A DNA stretch of 64,000 bases from contig CAZOIA010000004.1 in assembly GCA_964579675.1 (NCBI GenBank), forward strand, positions 3,551 through 67,550, given 5' to 3'. This document shows, piece after piece, positions 57,839-64,000 of the stretch. The position numbers and the translations under genes were made by a program. The notes under the pieces were generated by a model, which was not told the DNA's origin, did not search any database, and saw only the letters and a list, made by a program, of their open reading frames with translations. The DNA comes from an uncultured Planctomycetales bacterium. Lineage in GTDB: Bacteria; Planctomycetota; Phycisphaerae; UBA1845; PWPN01. Each line of letters starts with the position of its first letter. The first letter of the stretch is position 1.

Positions 57839-59384
57839 CGATTTCCCTGTCTTTGGGCAGCTCGTTCAACCGACCGCGAAGTGCACCCAGTGGGATCAAT
57901 GTCGAACCGGGCAAACGCATCTGCTCGTATTCGGCCGGACTGCGAACGTCGAGAAGGACGAAATCCTTCTTCTCTTCCCACATCCGGTGGACTTCCATCG
58001 GCGTCACACCGACCATGTGCCCGTCGAGCTTGTTCCGGGCGACGTTGGCAGCAGTGATGATGTTGTCCATCGCCGGCGAGTAGGGCGGGGCGTAGCACAA
58101 GTCCGCGTTGGCGAGCTGATCGACGGTCATCCCGGCGGTAATCGCCATGGCGGCCACGTCGATACGTTTGTCACCGGCGCCGGGCCCGCCCACCTGGGCT
58201 CCGAGAAGGCGACGGCTCCGCTTGTCCACGACGAGTTTGAGCAGTAGCGGCCTGGCCTGCGGCATGTAATGGGCTCTGTCCGGCGCCGGGGCCAGAACGG
58301 CAACGACATCGTAGCCTGCCTGGCCGGCGGCAGCCTCGGTGAGTCCCGTTCTGCCGACGCAATAGTCGAAGACTTTGCAGACGGTGCTCCCGATGACCCC
58401 GGGGAAACGGTCGCTGCCGCCACAAACGTTGGCCGCCGCGACCCGTCCCTGCTTGTTCGCCGTCGAGCCCAGTGGAACGTAGCAGGGCTTGCCGGTCACC
58501 GAGTCGATGCACTCGACGCAGTCACCGGCAGCGTAAACGTCCGGATCGGAGGTGCACATGCGCTCGTCCACCCTGATGGCCCCCATCGATCCGATTTCCA
58601 GGCCGGCGTCCCGCGCGAGTTTGACGTTCGGGCGGACACCGATCGCAAGAATCACCATGTCCGCGGGGAGCGTGGCCTTATCGGTCACCACCTTTGTCAC
58701 TTTGCCGTTGCCTTCGAAGGACTCCACTTTCGTGTTGGTGAGAATCTTGACTCCGTGCGACTCCATGTGCTGCTCGACAAGCTTGGCCATTTCCCAGTCG
58801 AGAATGTTGAGGATCTGAGGGAGCATTTCGACCACGGTGACCCGGCACCCTTTTTGAACGAGTGCTTCGGTGATCTCGGCACCGATCAGCCCTCCGCCCA
58901 CGATGACGACGTCGCGGGCCCTTCCTTCGGCAAGTACCGCCTTGATGCCTTCAGCATCGTGAACCCCGTGAAGAGAGAAGATATTGTCCAGCTTCACCTT
59001 GGGAATCGGTGGCACAACGGGGGACGCCCCCGTGGCGAGGACCAGACGATCATAGTTGAGCCAGGATTCCTGGCCGCCAACTGCATCCCGCGCGCGGACA
59101 CGCTTGCCGGTGCGGTCGATTTCCATCGCTTCAGTCTGGTTCATGACCCGGACGTTCTTGACCTTCTGAAAGAACACCGGGTCACGAACCACACCCACTG
59201 GAGTGGCCATGAGTTCTTTTTGCTTCTTAACGACACCGGAAACGTAGTAGGGCAGACCGCACCCGGCATAAGAAAGAAGCTCGCCCTTTTCGACAATGGT
59301 GACCTCGGCGTCGGGCATAAGGCGGATGATTCTTGAAGCCGTCTTCGGACCGGCGGCCACCCCGCCGATGATCACGACCTTCAT
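57839..59384 (-). pseudogene. CoA-disulfide reductase-like FAD/NAD(P) oxidoreductase-rhodanese fusion, 5' part, interrupted by the IS
   Basis: MKVVIIGGVAAG, SYAGCGLPYY, LVLATG, GGGLIG, VYAAGDC, CYAPPYS, LLDVRSPAEY...IPLGALRGRLNELPKDREI, then IS sequence; GTG at 59396 is a possible alternative start. Confidence 0.9.
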
Positions 59385-59794
59385 GGAACTGTTCACTTCA
59401 TCGTCTCCTTGACCCACGGGCCTCTACGATCAAGCCCCAGACCGATGCTCCCAGGCATCGCACGAGCCGGTTGAGACCGCGACGATCAGCATCGTAGTAG
59501 CGAGGCAATCATTCAGCAAGAACCATGGGCCCACCAGGAACAGGGTCCGCCCAGTCTGCGAAACGAAGCCGCCCGAAGGATGACCTGCCGCTAAATCTCA
59601 CCCATGCGCCTGTCCGCATCCGCGATGCCGCAGTTTTCTTGCCTTTCCGTGCTTGCACTCTCGCATACGCTGCTTATCCTGCCTCGTTTAGAGAGGGTGT
59701 CTACACGCCCCGGCATTGTGGCCGGGAAGCCCGTCTTGTGCCGTGGCGAATGTCTCAAGGCGGCGGGGTTGGCGTATACTCGGGATGATAGAGC

Positions 59795-62329
59795 ATGGGC
59801 AGGAACACGCGAGTTCGGCCGGACGTAGCACTGCTCGGTTGCGTGGCGGGCGTAAGCCTGGTCGTCTGCACCGGGCAAGCATCATCTGCCGACGAGCGGG
59901 CGGCGGCAATTGAGCAGCGCAAGCGCGCGTTCCTCACCCAGTTGGCCGACCACTGGATACGGGCGGGCTGCCCCGTCCAATGGAAGCACGAGGAATGGAA
60001 GTTCGATGAGATCGAGCCGAACTGGGCCGGTGCGTTGGCGGCGATGTGGCTCAAGCGGTCCCCGGACGAGGTGGCCAAGGCCAACGCCTTTTTCGAGGCC
60101 ATGCCCATCGACGAGAAGATTGATCCCGATATGCGGGTCTGCGAGGCGCTGCATACCTATTACCTGTTTCGCGACGATCCGGACCTGAACTCAGCGGCGA
60201 GAGGGCGTTTGCTGGATATCATTCGTTTCAGGCCCGCACCGCGCCGGATCAACCCCTCGATCTGGAAGTTCGCCGCCACGGAGAACCACGCCTTCATGGG
60301 TCACGTCTGGTGCCTGCTGGTCGCCCAGATCGACCGTGATCGGGCCACGGCCGAGGTGGTCGGCCGACACATCGACGCTTACGTGACCGAACACATCAGG
60401 AAGGGGTGGTTGGAGTACAACTCGCCTTGCTACGTGGAGAAGGAAGTCGGCTGCCTGGTCATGCTGGCTGAATGGGCGGAGGATCCGTTGCTCCGCCGGA
60501 AGGCGGAACTCGGGCTCGACGTGCTGTTGGCCGAGCATGCTGTGCTCAACCTCGAAGGCATGCTAACCGGGCCGGCGTGCCGGGTGTACAGGCCCGGCTA
60601 CGAGGGCATTCTGCCGGAGGAGCTGGGTCACAACAGCCGGCGCGATGCAAAGTGCAGCGGGAGCTATCCGTTGATGTACATGCTGTTCGGCGAGGGCGAG
60701 CCGCACTTCTATGGTGTGCTTGGCGCGCCCTTATTGGCCACCAGCCGGTACACGCCTCCCGGTGCGATCCACGCGCTGGCAACCGCGGGTCGCGGGCGCG
60801 GAGCGTACGCGTTCAAGGCACGTCGGCCGGGGCATGGACACCGGGTGTTCCGCCACGATTCGCAAATGGATCAGCCCCCCGCCGAGGCGTTCAATGCCCG
60901 CGTATACGCGTGGGTAACACCGGACTTTGTCCTCGGGTCTTTCCAGGAGGTACAGGGTACATACGGTGCGATCAGGTCTCTCCCGCTCACGAGCGTGCTG
61001 CGAATGGCCGGCAGCACGCGCCGCGTCATCTACACGGATTTGATACTTCGCGAGCGAAAACAACTGCCCGAGGCGGTGGTTGATTGCGTGCAGCACCAGA
61101 ACGTCGCCATCGGCCGGGGCGTTGTCGGCCAGGCGTACCTCGCCACCAGTGAGTTCGACGAACTGGCCGAGCACGGCGACTGGATCTTCGTCCGGGCGGG
61201 GGGGACGTTTGCCGCCTACCGCCTCGTCGGTGCGGGCTACGACTGGCAACATGCGAGTGGGGCCTCCGTATACGGCGATTTCATCAGATTCGACAAACCG
61301 GATGCACCTTTCGTGATCGAGGCGGCACAAGCTGAGGACTATGGTGCCGACTTCGGACGATTCCAGGCGGACATGCTTGACAATCAACTCAGTCAGACGC
61401 CGGGTGGCGTAGTCTATGAGAGCTGTTCAAGCGGCGACAGCGGCCCGTCATCGGAGCCGTTTACGCTGACGCTACGCTACGAGGAGATGCCGCTGCTGGA
61501 CGGGGAAGTCATTGACCTGGAAAGCTACCCCACGTTGGCGTCGCCCTATCTGAACTCCGCATGGGACTCCGGCGTCGTGACGGTGCGTTTCGCCTGCCAC
61601 CGGCTGACCATCAACGTGACACGACCTCGCTCTCCAACGCGGATTGAGGAAACCATCCGTCCCCTGTCCTTGCCGTATGAAACCGATTGTGACGAATCAG
61701 ACGCGGCGTGGGTGCCCTTCCTGAACTACTGGCGTCTCAAGCCGGAGCAATGGTACTGGGATGTCGAGGGGGGCAGGTCCGGCGGCTGTTTACGACACGA
61801 TGCCGGGCTCGGGATCGACCATCCCAAGCGCGGCGCGCACGATGCCGCCATTCTGCTCCGCGGCGGCGAGGACTGGACCGACTACATCCTCGAGGCCGAC
61901 GCCTGCGCCACAAAGGGGCACTTCGGGCTCTGGGTGCGGGCGGATATGCATGATGAAGGGGCCGGCAACGGCCGATGGGTGCAGGGATACTACTTCGTCC
62001 TCGATCCATCCCACCATAAGTGCCGGCTCTGGCGAGCACGCAAGGACGGCCTCGCGTACCGGGACGAAACCGGCCGGCCGATGAAACCGGAGAAGAACCA
62101 TTTCTCGAACCCGGCTCTGCTCGTCGAGGCCGACGCGCCATTATCCGCCGATCGCGGCCGCTGGCTTCGCCTCCGCATGGAAGTTCGCGGGCCTGCGATC
62201 AGGTGCCTCATCGACGGCAACCAGGTGCTCACCGCGAACGATGATCTGTACTCGTCGGGTTCGGTCGGCCTGGCCGCCTACAAGGGCCGCGACGTGCGGT
62301 TCGACAATGTCCGCGTTGTACCTTTCTGA
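59795..62329 (+). CDS. secreted multidomain protein: lyase/heparinase-like helical N-terminal region plus C-terminal DUF1080/ConA-like domain
   Basis: Signal peptide; ATENH, GWLEYNSPCY; C-terminal WTDYILEAD...FGLWVR...IRCLIDGNQVL...SGSVGL...VRFDNVRV. Confidence 0.55.
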   Translation: MGRNTRVRPDVALLGCVAGVSLVVCTGQASSADERAAAIEQRKRAFLTQLADHWIRAGCPVQWKHEEWKFDEIEPNWAGALAAMWLKRSPDEVAKANAFFEAMPIDEKIDPDMRVCEALHTYYLFRDDPDLNSAARGRLLDIIRFRPAPRRINPSIWKFAATENHAFMGHVWCLLVAQIDRDRATAEVVGRHIDAYVTEHIRKGWLEYNSPCYVEKEVGCLVMLAEWAEDPLLRRKAELGLDVLLAEHAVLNLEGMLTGPACRVYRPGYEGILPEELGHNSRRDAKCSGSYPLMYMLFGEGEPHFYGVLGAPLLATSRYTPPGAIHALATAGRGRGAYAFKARRPGHGHRVFRHDSQMDQPPAEAFNARVYAWVTPDFVLGSFQEVQGTYGAIRSLPLTSVLRMAGSTRRVIYTDLILRERKQLPEAVVDCVQHQNVAIGRGVVGQAYLATSEFDELAEHGDWIFVRAGGTFAAYRLVGAGYDWQHASGASVYGDFIRFDKPDAPFVIEAAQAEDYGADFGRFQADMLDNQLSQTPGGVVYESCSSGDSGPSSEPFTLTLRYEEMPLLDGEVIDLESYPTLASPYLNSAWDSGVVTVRFACHRLTINVTRPRSPTRIEETIRPLSLPYETDCDESDAAWVPFLNYWRLKPEQWYWDVEGGRSGGCLRHDAGLGIDHPKRGAHDAAILLRGGEDWTDYILEADACATKGHFGLWVRADMHDEGAGNGRWVQGYYFVLDPSHHKCRLWRARKDGLAYRDETGRPMKPEKNHFSNPALLVEADAPLSADRGRWLRLRMEVRGPAIRCLIDGNQVLTANDDLYSSGSVGLAAYKGRDVRFDNVRVVPF

Positions 62330-62414
62330 GATGACGTGACCTCAAATTGCCCGTGCCGCCCGGCGGTGAGTGCTGCCATGCTCGGCGAATTGAACGTCCG
62401 GCCCTGGGCCCGGG

Positions 62415-64000
62415 TCACTCCGTCGCCCCGGCTTCGCCCGATGACTCAAGGCTGCACCGTCTCGCTACCGACGGCAGGAACTCGCCGAGCTCACGGTCGA
62501 GCAGTTCGAGCTTCGCGCGGATCATCGTGGCGCCGTCGGCGAAGCTGTGGTCGCCCCCGTAGCGGAAGTTGAGCCGAACGTCGGCCTCCATCACCGGCAA
62601 CGCCTCGGTCGCGTTCGCCTTCTCGTCCAGCAGGACCGCGCGCCATTGCCGGTACGCGTCCCGGGCCTCGGCTGTTTCGGCCAGCGTTCGCGAATCCTTC
62701 GCCGCAAGAGCCAGCAGCCGATCCCGAAACTGACACGACTCGTAGAAGTTCGCCTCCGTCCGCGCCGTGTGGTAGAACCAGCGTACCGGTGATGCCTCGG
62801 CCTCGAATGTCAGGCGATGCCGCTCTGCTACCAATGGAGCCGCCTGCTCGATCTCATCCAGGGCGCGTTTCAACAGTTCCTCCATCCGCCGGTAAAATCT
62901 CCCGAAGGCGGCCACCTTGTCGCCGCCGGTCGGAGAGGTGTAGAACGTGGGACGCTTCTTCATCCCTTCGGCATCATCGATCTCCGCCATGAAGAAGTAG
63001 TAGCCGTAGAAGGTGTCCGGCACCTTCGCGTCCGGATCGGCGCACATCGGCTGGGCAGGGCCGAGGTAGTAAGGCCCTCTGTAGTAGCTGGGCAGCTCCG
63101 GCGACCAGGCGATGGCATCGGATACATGCTTCCACGCTTGGCGCACGTGCGGACCGGCCTTGTCGCCCGCGATCCGCGCAGCGAACTCCTGCAGCAGCTC
63201 CTCCTTCTCCGGCGCCGGGTCCCACCAGAAGAACTTACTCACTTCCGCCGCGATCGTGCCGTAACAGGGCCTGAACGCCGGGAATACCCACGCGCCGTCC
63301 GCGCCGCATTCGACCAGCGCGTTGGCCCGATCGGCCCAGCGGTCCATGCACGGGATGTGGGGAAGCCGCGGGGCTTCAAAGCCAAGCTCCGGCTCGCTCT
63401 TCATGTAGATCGGAATACCCGCTGCCCGGCACGCAGCCACCTGGTCTTTCGCCCGCTGGCCGGGACCGATCAGGTCGATGCTGTAATCCCACAGGTGTTT
63501 GTTGACCCCGTCGGGTTTCGCGACGTACTCGTCCTTCTCGATCTCGGTAAAGATCCCCGTGCCGGGTGCGAGCCTGGCGATCAGGCCTGACTGTGCCCGG
63601 TCCGCCGACCAGACGTGCTCAGCCGAGTAAGGCCACGCGATCACCTCGGCGTCAGGGTTGAACTTCCGCGCCGTCTCGGCGAGCGCGTTACAGAGATTGG
63701 CCACCACGATGTCGGCACCCAGCTTGTCGCAGCGCTTGCAGTTCGTCCGGCCCTTGGGCGTGCCGAAGGAACGCATGTAGCAGTGATAGAACCCTTCGCC
63801 GCCGATGATGATGACGATCCCGTCGAGCTCCGGAGCCGCCTTGAAGAGGTCCGCGATGCTCTCGGTCAGGAAACGACGGACCACCGGATGCTCGGTACAG
63901 AGGACGTACTCGCCGTCGGCCTTCCAGGTCAGCGCCCCGCGCATGTCTGGATGCGCCTTGAAGACCGGGTGGTCCTTCGGGAACTTCTGCTTCGTATGCA
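62415..64000 (-). CDS. hypothetical glycoside hydrolase-like protein (5' partial; frame open to the window edge)
   Basis: CTEHPVVRRFLTESIADLFKAAPELDGIVIIIGGEGFYHC, TIM-barrel-like; no stop between 63944 and 64000. Confidence 0.6.
   Translation of the reverse strand, partial: HTKQKFPKDHPVFKAHPDMRGALTWKADGEYVLCTEHPVVRRFLTESIADLFKAAPELDGIVIIIGGEGFYHCYMRSFGTPKGRTNCKRCDKLGADIVVANLCNALAETARKFNPDAEVIAWPYSAEHVWSADRAQSGLIARLAPGTGIFTEIEKDEYVAKPDGVNKHLWDYSIDLIGPGQRAKDQVAACRAAGIPIYMKSEPELGFEAPRLPHIPCMDRWADRANALVECGADGAWVFPAFRPCYGTIAAEVSKFFWWDPAPEKEELLQEFAARIAGDKAGPHVRQAWKHVSDAIAWSPELPSYYRGPYYLGPAQPMCADPDAKVPDTFYGYYFFMAEIDDAEGMKKRPTFYTSPTGGDKVAAFGRFYRRMEELLKRALDEIEQAAPLVAERHRLTFEAEASPVRWFYHTARTEANFYESCQFRDRLLALAAKDSRTLAETAEARDAYRQWRAVLLDEKANATEALPVMEADVRLNFRYGGDHSFADGATMIRAKLELLDRELGEFLPSVARRCSLESSGEAGATE

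Noticed and set aside
57804-57846. IS-derived tail (REIGYCSIITEYSC*) restoring a rhodanese Cys
   Set aside because: Coincidental: the Cys is shifted by one residue and the rest of the rhodanese fold is lost
59630-59644. Possible sigma54 site (AGGCAAGAAAACTGC) upstream of the oxidoreductase
   Set aside because: Only the GG-N10-GC spacing matches; the flanking consensus is weak and it lies about 240 bp from the start

Overview
High-GC bacterial DNA, most likely Planctomycetota, class Phycisphaerae. This is inferred from planctomycete-style flagellins, dockerin-like and PEP-CTERM secreted proteins, and the REP families seen. From 0 to 5 kb there is the end of a PEP-CTERM gene, a DUF2225-like Zn/TPR gene, hisH, a PLP aminotransferase and a TPR protein. 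From 5 to 25.8 kb is a minus-strand flagellar cluster: small ORF-flgF-flgG-flgA-flgH-flgI-flgJ-like-flgN-flgK-flgL, fliW-csrA, three flagellins, a 1025-aa fliD and fliS. It has a perfect sigma54 box ahead of flgF, sigma28-like promoters and many GGA-loop (CsrA-type) hairpins. From 26 to 64 kb are murD, secreted and periplasmic proteins, an NRAMP transporter, two UroD/MtaA-family proteins, several large glycoside-hydrolase/lyase-like proteins, a GT-C-like membrane protein, thpR, an ABC-F ATPase, a 72-aa-repeat lipoprotein and a DUF362 protein. A complete 1508-bp IS with 23-bp TIRs and an 8-bp TSD splits a CoA-disulfide reductase-rhodanese gene. The most notable features not explained by the gene list are: (i) a CsrB/RsmZ-like array of GGA-loop hairpins between flgL and fliW-csrA; (ii) sigma28-type promoters in front of two non-flagellar loci; (iii) a REP doublet inserted in frame inside a coding gene; (iv) a G7A5 frameshift site in the transposase; (v) a repeat module shared by FliD and FlgL, with one copy nested inside another. 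No CRISPR, rRNA or tRNA was seen. All family assignments come from motif recognition by eye; no searches were run.
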